A DNA stretch of 21,023 bases from a virus (lineage: Duplodnaviria > Heunggongvirae > Uroviricota > Caudoviricetes): positions 1 to 21,023 of the IMG/VR virus record IMGVR_UViG_2778261176_000007, one strand, 5' to 3'. The translations under genes and the position numbers were made by a program. The notes under the pieces were generated by a model, which was not told where the DNA came from, did not search any database, and saw nothing but the letters and a program-made list of their open reading frames with translations. Within the stretch, counting starts at the first letter, position 1. The number at the start of each line of letters is the position of its first letter. Shown here piece after piece: positions 1 through 7,955 of this stretch.

Positions 1-516
1 ATGAAATTTAAAAAATGTCTTCTGCCTGTGGCAATGTTAGCGTCATTCACTCTGGCAGGATGCCAGTCAAATGCTGATGATCATGCCGCCGATGTTTATC
101 AAACCGATCAACTGAATACCAAACAAGAAACTAAAACCGTTAATATTATTTCCATTCTTCCCGCAAAAGTTGCCGTAGACAACTCCCAAAATAAACGGAA
201 CGCACAAGCCTTCGGCGCGCTTATTGGTGCAGTCGCTGGCGGTGTAATCGGCCACAACGTGGGGTCTGGCAGCAATTCCGGAACGACGGCAGGTGCAGTT
301 GGCGGCGGAGCTGTTGGCGCGGCAGCGGGTTCTATGGTGAATGATAAAACCTTAGTGGAAGGTGTTTCTTTAACGTATAAGGAAGGCACCAAAGTGTATA
401 CCTCCACCCAGGTGGGTAAAGAGTGCCAGTTTACGACAGGTTTAGCCGTTGTTATTACCACGACGTATAACGAAACGCGTATTCAGCCAAATACGAAATG
501 TCCTGAAAAGAGCTAA
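1..516 (+). CDS. yfgH: Outer-membrane lipoprotein with glycine-zipper region (host gene)
   Basis: ATG at position 1. The N-terminus MKFKKCLLPVAMLASFTLAGC is a lipoprotein signal peptide with an LAGC lipobox. A Gly/Ala-rich stretch (GALIGAVAGGVIGHNVGSG...GAVGGGAVGAAAG) follows. Balanced GC composition. The yfgH name is from memory of the E. coli protein, not a search. Confidence 0.8.
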   Translation: MKFKKCLLPVAMLASFTLAGCQSNADDHAADVYQTDQLNTKQETKTVNIISILPAKVAVDNSQNKRNAQAFGALIGAVAGGVIGHNVGSGSNSGTTAGAVGGGAVGAAAGSMVNDKTLVEGVSLTYKEGTKVYTSTQVGKECQFTTGLAVVITTTYNETRIQPNTKCPEKS

Positions 517-531
517 TGATCAGGAGGAGTC

Positions 532-1071
532 ATGAAGAAAGTTTTTCTTTGCGCCATCTTAGCCTCCTTAAGCTATCCGGCTATCGCCTCATCATTGCAG
601 GATCAACTCTCGGCTGTCGCAGAAGCGGAACAGCAAGGTAAAAATGAAGAGCAAAGGCAGCATGACGAATGGGTCGCGGAGCGCAACAGGGAAATCCAGC
701 AAGAGAAGCAACGTCGCGCAAACGCCCAGGCCGCGGCTAATAAAAGAGCGGCAACGGCAGCGGCGAATAAGAAAGCTCGTCAGGATAAACTGGACGCCGA
801 AGCCACTGCGGACAAAAAACGCGATCAAAGTTATGAAGATGAGCTACGCAGCTTAGAGATTCAGAAACAAAAACTGGCGCTGGCGAAAGAAGAAGCCCGC
901 GTCAAGCGCGAAAACGAATTTATCGATCAGGAACTGAAGCACAAAGCTGCGCAAACCGATGTGGTGCAATCTGAAGCTGACGCAAACAGAAATATGACTG
1001 AAGGCGGTCGCGATCTGATGAAAAGCGTGGGCAAAGCAGAAGAGAACAAATCGGACAGCTGGTTTAACTAA
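532..1071 (+). CDS. yfgI: Secreted coiled-coil, charged protein (host gene; YfgI-like)
   Basis: A strong SD (AGGAGG) sits 6 nt upstream of the ATG. N-terminal signal peptide MKKVFLCAILASLSYPAIASS. Lys/Glu/Ala/Gln-rich low-complexity body. Lies 15 nt downstream of the preceding gene. Name assigned from memory of E. coli yfgH-yfgI synteny. Confidence 0.75.
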   Translation: MKKVFLCAILASLSYPAIASSLQDQLSAVAEAEQQGKNEEQRQHDEWVAERNREIQQEKQRRANAQAAANKRAATAAANKKARQDKLDAEATADKKRDQSYEDELRSLEIQKQKLALAKEEARVKRENEFIDQELKHKAAQTDVVQSEADANRNMTEGGRDLMKSVGKAEENKSDSWFN

Positions 1072-1110
1072 GCGATGTCAGTAACTTCAAGCCTATGATT
1101 CGTGAGTATA

Positions 1111-1140
1111 AAAAACCCTCTGTAGTAACAGAGGGTTTTG
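1111..1140. terminator. Bidirectional rho-independent terminator at the host/prophage boundary
   Basis: Perfect stem CCCTCTG / CAGAGGG (1116-1122 and 1129-1135) with loop TAGTAA. An A-run lies upstream (1111-1115) and a T-run downstream (1136-1139). It is 40 nt downstream of the yfgI stop. Confidence 0.75.
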
Positions 1141-1290
1141 TTCATTCATAGTGCAGGGTTCAAATCATTCCCCACTCAATTATTTACGGATACCATAACC
1201 AATTGAGTGATAACATTTTTCCAAAGATGAATTTTTCTCGTACCGTTTTATATACCGTCACCGGAAATCAGTACCATGAAAAATGCCATG

Positions 1291-1773
1291 CTATCTGGTC
1301 AGGGTGTCGTACTGTTTTTCGCAGACTCTTCCGGCTTCGGCTGCCCGGTCAGCATACTCTGCCAGTTGTCTATTTCTCTCGAGAGATTTGCTGAACACGT
1401 CGGCAAGCAAAACTCCGGTGTCTGCGGCTGACGACCCAGCGCCGACAATGGCGTTATAGTGCCTGAGCTGCTCACGGATGGCAACGAGCTGTTGCTGCAA
1501 CCGGCCAGCGCGAGCGGCAGCATCAAGAGCATCATTGCGCGCCTGGTCGATCCTCTGCTGCGCTTCACGTTCATTGATCGATTTCTCCTGTTCGTAGTGC
1601 TGACGAATTCTCTCATCTTCGGTTTTGCGGTCTTCTTTCGCCTGTGCATACCCAGCGTCGTACTGACGACTGCCGTGCACATTCCAGGCAACAACTCCTG
1701 ATATGACCAGAACAGCAAGCACCGCCATGATAATCAACTGTTTACGGTATGCTTTTACGAATGACCAGATCAT
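1291..1773 (-). CDS. Rz-like i-spanin (inner-membrane spanin subunit)
   Basis: 160 aa with an N-terminal TM anchor ([18 protein letters not shown]) and a charged coiled-coil periplasmic domain. Its start ATG overlaps the endolysin stop (ATGA at 1770-1773). A lipoprotein ORF is embedded in the +1 frame. Confidence 0.75.
   Translation of the reverse strand: MIWSFVKAYRKQLIIMAVLAVLVISGVVAWNVHGSRQYDAGYAQAKEDRKTEDERIRQHYEQEKSINEREAQQRIDQARNDALDAAARAGRLQQQLVAIREQLRHYNAIVGAGSSAADTGVLLADVFSKSLERNRQLAEYADRAAEAGRVCEKQYDTLTR
1299..1574 (-). CDS. Rz1-like o-spanin (outer-membrane lipoprotein) embedded in Rz
   Basis: Internal ATG at 1572-1574 preceded by GGAG at about 10 nt. Signal peptide [26 protein letters not shown] with an LAGC lipobox, followed by a Pro/Ser-rich mature part. 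Lies wholly inside Rz in a different frame. The start could instead be the MMLLML Met at 1535. Confidence 0.55.
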   Translation of the reverse strand: MNVKRSRGSTRRAMMLLMLPLALAGCSNSSLPSVSSSGTITPLSALGRQPQTPEFCLPTCSANLSREIDNWQSMLTGQPKPEESAKNSTTP

Positions 1774-2399
1774 ACAGCCAGCACCTTACTGGCAGTGACG
1801 TACCGCGCGCGCCGGTCGTCGATGCCATTCCTGCCACCATTGATAATCAGAGTTACACGTGCAATATCGCCGGTATACTTCATGCAACCTTTGCTGGAGA
1901 AGAACCACGCCGCGCTACGAGCCGCGTATTCGTCCTGCGCCAACAGTTCAGGATTCTCCAGCAGGTCCACTTTCAGGCCGTTTCCGCAATCACGATAGTT
2001 ATTCAAACCGGTAATCTGGATAAGTCCGCGGCCACGGTAATTCCAGCCATCGCCGGGGGCATTGTTCCCCATGCGTTTGCTGTACACCAGATTGGCAATC
2101 GCTCGCTGGCGCTCGAGTGGCAATGGTGGTTCACCAGCATGGCGACCCAGTGCATTAGCCTGCCCCTGAGTGAGACGCCCAGCCCGAACGAAGTTAGCCA
2201 GTCCGCTGACACTGTAGTTGAAATTCTCCTGCAACCTGGTGAAGCCCCCAGACTCATGCCCGACTTGAGCAATAAACATTGCCTGATCTTCTGCTTTGCT
2301 GATACCAAACTCTTTCATCGCAGAAGTTATATGCGAGAACCAGCGTGCGGCCAGCGCCTCGCTAATACCAGCAGCTCGCTGGAATTGTTTAATCTCCAT
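1770..2399 (-). CDS. Endolysin, glycoside hydrolase family 19 (chitinase-like lysozyme)
   Basis: 209 aa starting [21 protein letters not shown]. Carries GH19-type motifs ([28 protein letters not shown]). GAGG SD 7 nt upstream of the ATG at 2397-2399. The longer track ORF (to 2630) is a frame shadow of the upstream holin gene. Confidence 0.9.
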   Translation of the reverse strand: MEIKQFQRAAGISEALAARWFSHITSAMKEFGISKAEDQAMFIAQVGHESGGFTRLQENFNYSVSGLANFVRAGRLTQGQANALGRHAGEPPLPLERQRAIANLVYSKRMGNNAPGDGWNYRGRGLIQITGLNNYRDCGNGLKVDLLENPELLAQDEYAARSAAWFFSSKGCMKYTGDIARVTLIINGGRNGIDDRRARYVTASKVLAV

Positions 2400-2697
2400 G
2401 TTTAGACCTCGATATTTTGAAAATCTGAACAACGTTACCGCGTGTTTTAATAACCGCGGCAAGCATGACAGCGTTGATAATGACCTCAGATAAATCCACA
2501 GCCATTGGCGTGCGTAACCAGATTGCATAGACGACACGAACAGGAATACTGGCCGCAGCAACAATAAGGAAATAAGCAAGCCACCCTCCCCATCTTCGAT
2601 GTTGAGAGCCGTTACGCCGGAATGTGACAACGCGAATTGCTATGCCAGTACAAATAACTGCATTGGTGATAAGCAAAAAAAACTCATGCGTTACCAT
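2389..2697 (-). CDS. Holin-like small membrane protein (lysis cassette)
   Basis: 102 aa with 2-3 predicted TM segments and a charged C-terminus. Overlaps the endolysin start by 11 nt and the upstream membrane-protein gene by 14 nt. Position immediately upstream of the endolysin. Confidence 0.55.
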   Translation of the reverse strand: MVTHEFFLLITNAVICTGIAIRVVTFRRNGSQHRRWGGWLAYFLIVAAASIPVRVVYAIWLRTPMAVDLSEVIINAVMLAAVIKTRGNVVQIFKISRSKHGD

Positions 2698-3088
2698 CGT
2701 CTTTTCTCCCCGGAATTAAATCGCGTGGATTGTCTGAACGGTGGTAGAGCCATATACCAATACGCACAGCGACAATTGCTGACACGAATGCGCCAGCAGA
2801 GAAAACAATCCCTTTTTCAAAAGAGTCCTGCGTGATGGTAGGGATCAGGCTGGCTATGCCGATAAGAATTGATGCTGCTGGTTTGTAGAAAAGAAGTCCA
2901 CAGAGAAAGCTAAGCATCGATAAGAGTACGCGACGATGAATTGGGTACTCTACCGCAGAGGTAACAAAAATTACCGCACCAGCAAGAGCACCGAGCGCCA
3001 CCTCTGGCGGAACGCCTACGATAACTGCAGCAAGAGAGCTCACACTAAGCCATTGATTTAAAGAATCAGTAGTTAGATGGGCTGACAT
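2684..3088 (-). CDS. Holin / lysis-associated multi-TM membrane protein
   Basis: About 134 aa from the ATG at 3086-3088 (the track ORF begins at a GTG at 3097). Three to four hydrophobic helices and a charged C-terminal tail ([18 protein letters not shown]). First gene of the lysis cassette. Confidence 0.5.
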   Translation of the reverse strand: MSAHLTTDSLNQWLSVSSLAAVIVGVPPEVALGALAGAVIFVTSAVEYPIHRRVLLSMLSFLCGLLFYKPAASILIGIASLIPTITQDSFEKGIVFSAGAFVSAIVAVRIGIWLYHRSDNPRDLIPGRKDDGNA

Positions 3089-3317
3089 AATGAACACCGT
3101 TTATTACGCATAACAATCTCCTTACTATTGAAGATTCACACATAATAAACCATTTAAGGATAATAGTTACCTCAAAACGCTGTATTTCTACCTTCTACGG
3201 CAATGAAAATTTCGTTCAGAAAATGGTCTAGTGTACCTCTCAGTCACAATTAAAGAAGAAAGAAGCCGAACTTACTTCGTAATAAGCAAGCCGGCTACTA
3301 AGATTAATCCTCAATAT

Positions 3318-6074
3318 TTAGCTACTTTCAAGCATTGCAAGACGTGATTCTATTTTTTCGATTCTTCTACGCAAATAAGCTGACTCAAGCCATAAACACT
3401 GGTCAGTACGGATACCCCACCTATTTCCAGCCTTGCAAACCAGAGTTCGCTCTTCTGTTTCGTATTCTTCTTCCATCTCAATTTCGACGCCATCCACAAC
3501 TTTAGTGATCATCCTTACCGCCATCACTGGCGCGTATTTATCATCCCATTCATCGTAACAGAGAAGGCCAAATCTGGTTCCATCAATCCCATGCGCGAGG
3601 AAAGTGTCTCTCACTTGTTGTGCTATAACACCAAAATGCCAGCGGGCACCATCTCCCTTTTCCCTGACGGCATCAAGCCAGCGAAAAGCTACAATCCTGA
3701 TATCTCCCCATGCATCCAGAATTGCATCACCTTCATAACCACGAGACATATACAAGCTGAGCTCACTTGTACTAATCGGTTCACTTTTTTCTCTACCATC
3801 TGATGTGTTTATCGAACCGTTCGCAGAATAAACCTGTGCCCATCTAAATGATGGTGCACCAAGAGATTTGCTGTTATCAATAATTGGTGAAAAATTACCT
3901 TTAATAGCAATATTTCCAGAGTCGCCGAATATATTAATAACTGCAGAGTCATCACCATGGTTTTTTACGCTTAAGTTTCTTGATGAAATATTTATATCTT
4001 TGTTATATCCACTAACATTAATCCATCTTTTACCATCAATGTGATACCCGTAAATATTTCCGTTTGATTGTTCGTCAGGTGACTCTCTAAGAACAATAGC
4101 ATCTACTCCAGACGACCATTGTATTTTTGTATCTGTAGGCCTCCAGTTCTTTATAATGAACGAACCATCAGTAAACTCCGTTTTTATTTGTCTATTGTCT
4201 ACAAATGCGTCTCTTGGTTTAAACTCACTTGTGTTAACGCTGCTCTGAAGATCAGAAGCAAAAAATCTAAGATTTCCTGTATAACCCTTAGTCTCGGTCA
4301 GGTTATACGCAATCATAATTCCATTTTCAAACTCAGATGATGTTATTTTAACATCACGGCAATCACCAAAAATGCAATTTCCTTTATCAAATGTTGTTTG
4401 AGCTTTGAATTTATCAAACCTTAAATTACGAACAGGGAAACCATCAACCTCTAATGCAAAGGATGCAGGAAGGCCAAAGTATTCTGATGGCTTACCTGAT
4501 GTATGATCAAGAGTAGTGGCTACTGTATTCTCAAAAACAGTCCCGCTAAAATTATTACCAATTGACGGAAACCTGATTACACTTATTGTACCTTGTATTT
4601 CAGGAGAAATACCAGATAGTGTGATGTTAGCTCCATCAAATGATGCATCTGAATACGTATATACTGATTCACTGCCAGCAATTTTAAACTGTTTAACTGA
4701 AGTTATTCTCATCGACTTTTTATGTTTAAATGTCACTGAGCTTTCAGTATTACTTACAAGATCAATCTGAGGGCTATTCCTTATCGCGATTCCTGACTGG
4801 ACATAAACGTTATTAAAGTGCGTTTTTTCAGGATTTCCCTTCATTGAAAGGCTACCGTCATTTTCTGTCAGTAGTAGTCCTTTTACCCTCCAATAGCCGA
4901 CAATCTGTACGTTATCAATAACTGAATCACAGCTATCGTATACATGCAACCCTATATCCCAGTTATCACCCAATGAATAAGAATCAGGGTTATTGTATCC
5001 TTCAATACCATTTTTACTTACCATTATTCTCAGATTGCGTAACTGTGATGCCCTGTTGATACTAACAGCTACGCTCATGGCTTTTGGTGTAGCAGGAGTA
5101 ACACCTACAGAATCTTCATTTGTAAACTCAGTGAACTTACAAGATATCCCTTCAACAATTTTAACTGGTCTTTCATTAGAGATGTTAAAAAAATATTTGT
5201 TTTTTTCTCCATCACCAGTAAATATAAGATGGGTTCCTTTACTCCAACTTTTTAATAATCTTTCAGGCGCTGGTCTATATGTATCCCAATAATCAATGCC
5301 ATCACCAATTAAAGACACTCCAGGAGGCACATCTATGTTCTTAGAAATCATCCATTTACCTGCAGGTATTCTAACGACACTTGCACCAGAATTTATCGCA
5401 TTAATTAACCATTCAGACGCATCAACTTCAAAATTTAATGCAGCATATCTTTGCTCAAACGGAACAAAATCAAGAGCGTTAACGTTATCCCGCATCTTAT
5501 CCTGGAACGTTCGGTATACTGCTCCAGAACCATACTGAATAAACCAACCAAAACCACCAACAACTCCGGCGATTGCAGCATCAACATAATTGCGCATTGA
5601 TCGATTATTTACAGCATCCTGCTCAAGTGATGGATCTGCAAGGTTAGAAATTTTGTTTTGCTTTGCATCGTAATATTTTGCAAGCAAAGATGGTTTCATC
5701 AATGCACGTCTGAACCATCCAAAACATTGCTGGATCAGCATCGTCAGGTAGTCAAATGCATCCTCATGAACTTCGGGGAAAAATTTTCCCTGATTGCGAA
5801 GATCAGTCTCCTGCACCACATCAAGCACACGCTCTATCGTGATTCTCCAGCCAGCAGCAAGCGGCGACGGAAGAACCACAGAACCGCCACTATAAGTGCC
5901 CGCCCCTGTTACCGTATAACCGGTATCCAGAACCAATTCTGTTACGTTCCCGTTCAGGTCAGACACCTGAACAACCAGGTCGGATTTTTTGAAAATACGG
6001 AAGGTATACGGAAATGATGTCGTAGTGCCGTTACCTGTGTATTCGTTGTGGTCAACTTCGGTTGAGACCGTCAT
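3318..6074 (-). CDS. Tailspike / tail fiber with T7 gp17-like N-terminal adaptor, central putative depolymerase domain and C-terminal intramolecular chaperone (peptidase S74-like)
   Basis: 918 aa. The N-terminal 120 aa align by eye with the T7 gp17 N-terminus (YTGNGTTTSFPYTFRIF versus YQLDGSNRDFNIPFEY). The central region is AT-rich (about 3800-5650). The last 160 aa or so (SDGREKSEPISTSELSL...WHFGVIAQQVRDTF...) resemble the autocleaving chaperone domain of endosialidase-type tailspikes. GGAGA SD upstream of the ATG at 6072-6074. Confidence 0.9.
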   Translation of the reverse strand: MTVSTEVDHNEYTGNGTTTSFPYTFRIFKKSDLVVQVSDLNGNVTELVLDTGYTVTGAGTYSGGSVVLPSPLAAGWRITIERVLDVVQETDLRNQGKFFPEVHEDAFDYLTMLIQQCFGWFRRALMKPSLLAKYYDAKQNKISNLADPSLEQDAVNNRSMRNYVDAAIAGVVGGFGWFIQYGSGAVYRTFQDKMRDNVNALDFVPFEQRYAALNFEVDASEWLINAINSGASVVRIPAGKWMISKNIDVPPGVSLIGDGIDYWDTYRPAPERLLKSWSKGTHLIFTGDGEKNKYFFNISNERPVKIVEGISCKFTEFTNEDSVGVTPATPKAMSVAVSINRASQLRNLRIMVSKNGIEGYNNPDSYSLGDNWDIGLHVYDSCDSVIDNVQIVGYWRVKGLLLTENDGSLSMKGNPEKTHFNNVYVQSGIAIRNSPQIDLVSNTESSVTFKHKKSMRITSVKQFKIAGSESVYTYSDASFDGANITLSGISPEIQGTISVIRFPSIGNNFSGTVFENTVATTLDHTSGKPSEYFGLPASFALEVDGFPVRNLRFDKFKAQTTFDKGNCIFGDCRDVKITSSEFENGIMIAYNLTETKGYTGNLRFFASDLQSSVNTSEFKPRDAFVDNRQIKTEFTDGSFIIKNWRPTDTKIQWSSGVDAIVLRESPDEQSNGNIYGYHIDGKRWINVSGYNKDINISSRNLSVKNHGDDSAVINIFGDSGNIAIKGNFSPIIDNSKSLGAPSFRWAQVYSANGSINTSDGREKSEPISTSELSLYMSRGYEGDAILDAWGDIRIVAFRWLDAVREKGDGARWHFGVIAQQVRDTFLAHGIDGTRFGLLCYDEWDDKYAPVMAVRMITKVVDGVEIEMEEEYETEERTLVCKAGNRWGIRTDQCLWLESAYLRRRIEKIESRLAMLESS

Positions 6075-6177
6075 GTTAAATCTCCAGATAGTCGCAGCAC
6101 CCGTTGCGCCGCATATCTGGTTATTCTATTACCTGAAAAACCACATATGGATAGAAAGACTGTAAATACGAATAGAT

Positions 6178-6194
6178 ATTACCTTTCGGGTAAT
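6178..6194. promoter_or_regulatory. 17-bp palindromic operator-like site ATTACC-TTTCG-GGTAAT (copy 1 of 5)
   Basis: Perfect 6-bp inverted arms with a 5-bp spacer. Located in the divergent region between the tailspike gene and the small Ant-C-like gene. Confidence 0.55.
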
Positions 6195-6232
6195 TTGCAA
6201 AACGTGCTGGATAGCAAACAAATTATTTGCTA

Positions 6233-6248
6233 CTGTATAAATATACAG
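6233..6248. promoter_or_regulatory. LexA (SOS) box CTGT-ATAAATAT-ACAG
   Basis: taCTGTATAAATATACAGtt differs from the LexA consensus CTGTATATATATACAG at one central position. It sits 22 nt upstream of the ATG at 6270 and contains a TATAAAT -10-like hexamer. Confidence 0.6.
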
Positions 6249-6269
6249 TTATTGCATGGAGAAGATAAG

Positions 6270-6527
6270 ATGCAGCAGTATCACTATCCACTGGAAGACG
6301 GATTTACCGAAAGGATTCACACGCCGGGAGGCGTCAGATCACTAGTGGAGGGATCGCACTTGATGAAATTACTCCGGGATCTCGATAAGGATGGATTTAA
6401 TGTCGATGGCCCACTTGCCGAACTGACTGCACTGATTAACTACGTCACCAGCTCACAGATGTCTATGCGGGATCTGCAAACACATCTCGACTATTGTGCC
6501 GAACAATTACGAAAACAAACCAGATAA
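6270..6527 (+). CDS. Small stand-alone protein homologous to the C-terminal domain of the two Bro-N antirepressors (candidate SOS-controlled antirepressor-like factor)
   Basis: 85 aa from the internal ATG (the track ORF starts at 6147 but would cover the operator palindrome and LexA box). GGAG SD 9 nt upstream. Alignable by eye to the Ant C-termini (LAELTALINYVTSSQMSMRDLQTHLDY versus AAELTTMFCYIVGVSKCLRDIQTHAEY). Confidence 0.5.
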   Translation: MQQYHYPLEDGFTERIHTPGGVRSLVEGSHLMKLLRDLDKDGFNVDGPLAELTALINYVTSSQMSMRDLQTHLDYCAEQLRKQTR

Positions 6528-6556
6528 GGTTTGCAATTACCAAGTGGAGTGCTTAT

Positions 6557-6575
6557 ATTTACCTTTGCGGTAAAT
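6557..6575. promoter_or_regulatory. Palindromic operator-like site ATTTACC-TTTGC-GGTAAAT (copy 2 of 5), at the start of the ant1 leader
   Basis: Perfect 7-bp arms. About 45 nt upstream of the conserved structured leader element. Confidence 0.55.
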
Positions 6576-6600
6576 TTACATCGCACTCCTCTTGTGCCAT

Positions 6601-6685
6601 AGTAATCGGGCACTGGCAAAATCCAGTGCCGGGATTGGCGTCCCGGATTACTAAAAGGCGCATTCACCGCGCAAGCGGTTTTTTT
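6601..6685 (+). ncRNA. Structured leader RNA element upstream of ant1 (c4-like antisense-RNA candidate): closing stem, two hairpins, and a hairpin plus U7 terminator
   Basis: Stem AGTAATC (6601-6607) pairs with GATTACT (6646-6652). Hairpin A is GGCACTGG-caaaat-CCAGTGCC (6609-6630). Hairpin B is CCGGGA-ttggcg-TCCCGG (6629-6646). Terminator-like ACCGC-gcaa-GCGGT followed by T7 (6666-6685). The stems are conserved in the inverted ant2 copy while the loops differ (compensatory pattern). Confidence 0.4.
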
Positions 6686-6842
6686 ATGCGTATAGCACGG
6701 CCACATTCGTATTATGGTGGGCTGTGTGGGGGCACCGAAAGGTGCGCCGGGTCCTTTTAGCCGGTTACGCCAACCCTGCACAGCTCACCACCAACCGATT
6801 GGCGTCGGTAGTGGTGATTAACCAGACTAAAAGGTAACCACT

Positions 6843-7538
6843 ATGACAGCTACAAAAAGCACGTCCATTTTTTCTTTCGAATCCCAAGCCGATATACGAG
6901 TAATCGTCATTAATGGTGAGCCATGGTTTATCGCTTCAGATGTTTGTCGGGCTATAGGCATAGCAAACCATCGAGATGCTGTTCGAAAACTTGATGATGA
7001 TGAGAAGGGCGTCGCTTCAACCGACACCCCTGGCGGTGAGCAAGAATCGATCATCATCTCCGAGTCAGGCCTCTACACACTGATCCTCCGCTGCCGCGAC
7101 GCAGTGACACCAGGCACTATCCCCTACCGCTTTCGTAAATGGGTTACAGGTGAGGTTCTTCCTCAGATCCGCCGCACCGGAAGCTACATTAAAAACTCGC
7201 TCCCGCAGGAAGAACGCATAAAGATGGTTGCCGACCAGGTAGCCAACGCCACGGCGTCAGCAGTAATGCAGGCGATGAAGATAGAGAACAAAACCTACAG
7301 CGCCCCGCTGAAGCCCGGCTACCGCAGTTTGATTCACTCGCCGTCTGGTGTTCTCGGCCTGACGGAGAACTCACTGCTGATGAATCTGCTGAACCAGTTA
7401 CAGGAAGACGGGCACGACGTATCGGGCGCGGCGGCGGAACTGACCACCATGTTCTGCTACATCGTCGGTGTGAGTAAATGCCTGCGTGATATCCAGACCC
7501 ACGCGGAATACATCAACGACAAGGCAGGGGTCTTCTGA
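6843..7538 (+). CDS. Antirepressor-like protein with Bro-N N-terminal domain (ant1)
   Basis: 231 aa. N-terminus IFSFESQADIRVIVINGEPWFIASDVCRAIGI...ESGLYTLILR is a Bro-N-type motif. AAAGGT SD before the ATG. The C-terminal half is nearly identical (about 95 percent nucleotide identity) to the inverted paralog at 8652-9344. Confidence 0.85.
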   Translation: MTATKSTSIFSFESQADIRVIVINGEPWFIASDVCRAIGIANHRDAVRKLDDDEKGVASTDTPGGEQESIIISESGLYTLILRCRDAVTPGTIPYRFRKWVTGEVLPQIRRTGSYIKNSLPQEERIKMVADQVANATASAVMQAMKIENKTYSAPLKPGYRSLIHSPSGVLGLTENSLLMNLLNQLQEDGHDVSGAAAELTTMFCYIVGVSKCLRDIQTHAEYINDKAGVF

Positions 7539-7547
7539 CAGAACGGC

Positions 7548-7570
7548 GGCACAGGGATGTGCCTTTAAAT
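7548..7570 (+). terminator. Putative terminator of ant1 (hairpin GGCACA-ggga-TGTGCC followed by TTTAAAT)
   Basis: 6-bp stem about 10 nt after the ant1 stop. The T-tract is interrupted, so this is weakly supported. Confidence 0.35.
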
Positions 7571-7604
7571 AATTCTGTACAGATTGCAGGTGAATAGCGT
7601 ACTA

Positions 7605-7619
7605 TTACCCCAAAGGTAA
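7605..7619. promoter_or_regulatory. Palindromic operator-like site TTACC-CCAAA-GGTAA (copy 3 of 5), upstream of the AT-rich two-gene cassette
   Basis: Perfect 5-bp arms with a 5-bp spacer, about 120 nt upstream of the ATG at 7737. Confidence 0.5.
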
Positions 7620-7736
7620 GAAAGTTGATTTGTAACATTTTAGTTTGTAGTTACCGTGATGGTTTTGCTGCAGAAAGTTAACTAGTCAAAATCACACCGT
7701 ATGTAAGTCACGTCTGTTCCCGTATGGGAGGATGAT

Positions 7737-7955
7737 ATGTTTAAATTTGATATGCAACTCAACCAAAACTATGCCTCTTTTTACCATCCAGAAACTGGTA
7801 AAGCTGTTTTCGTTGACTCTTTCGATAATGAAGAATTTGATATCAGAATTGGGACCCTACGCCAAAGTAAGCATGTTGCTACTGTACGTGCATCCAATGA
7901 TGATGAATTAAATCAAAAAATAAGTGAGGCGACCTCCCGTTATCTATGTCTATAA
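7737..7955 (+). CDS. Hypothetical protein, 72 aa (first gene of AT-rich moron cassette)
   Basis: Strong SD GGGAGG 7 nt upstream of the ATG. AT-rich codon usage unlike the flanking genes. Its stop overlaps the start of the next ORF (ATG at 7946, TAA at 7953-7955). No recognisable domain. Confidence 0.55.
   Translation: MFKFDMQLNQNYASFYHPETGKAVFVDSFDNEEFDIRIGTLRQSKHVATVRASNDDELNQKISEATSRYLCL

Noticed and set aside
1749-2405. 218-aa plus-strand ORF overlapping the endolysin and Rz
   Set aside because: It is the antisense shadow of the well-supported GH19 endolysin gene, with no SD and no recognisable features. The other plus-strand ORFs in 1203-2835 are rejected for the same reason.
2400-2630. 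77-codon N-terminal extension of the endolysin ORF in the track
   Set aside because: The extension lies wholly inside the upstream holin-like gene in another frame. The conserved endolysin sequence and a GAGG SD begin at the internal ATG at 2399.
3591-6017. Several 70-119 aa plus-strand ORFs inside the tailspike gene
   Set aside because: They are antisense to a 918-aa gene with clear domain structure. AT-rich sequence produces chance open frames.
6147-6269. Upstream ATG giving a 126-aa version of the Ant-C-like ORF
   Set aside because: That extension would put the operator palindrome (6178-6194) and the LexA box (6233-6248) inside coding sequence. The homologous part and a GGAG SD start at 6270.
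6491-6781. ORFs of 88 and 96 aa on both strands across the ant1 leader (and equivalents at 9136-9718)
   Set aside because: The region is better explained as structured noncoding leader with conserved stems, compensatory changes and a terminator. The ORFs have no SD and are mirrored artefacts in the inverted copy.
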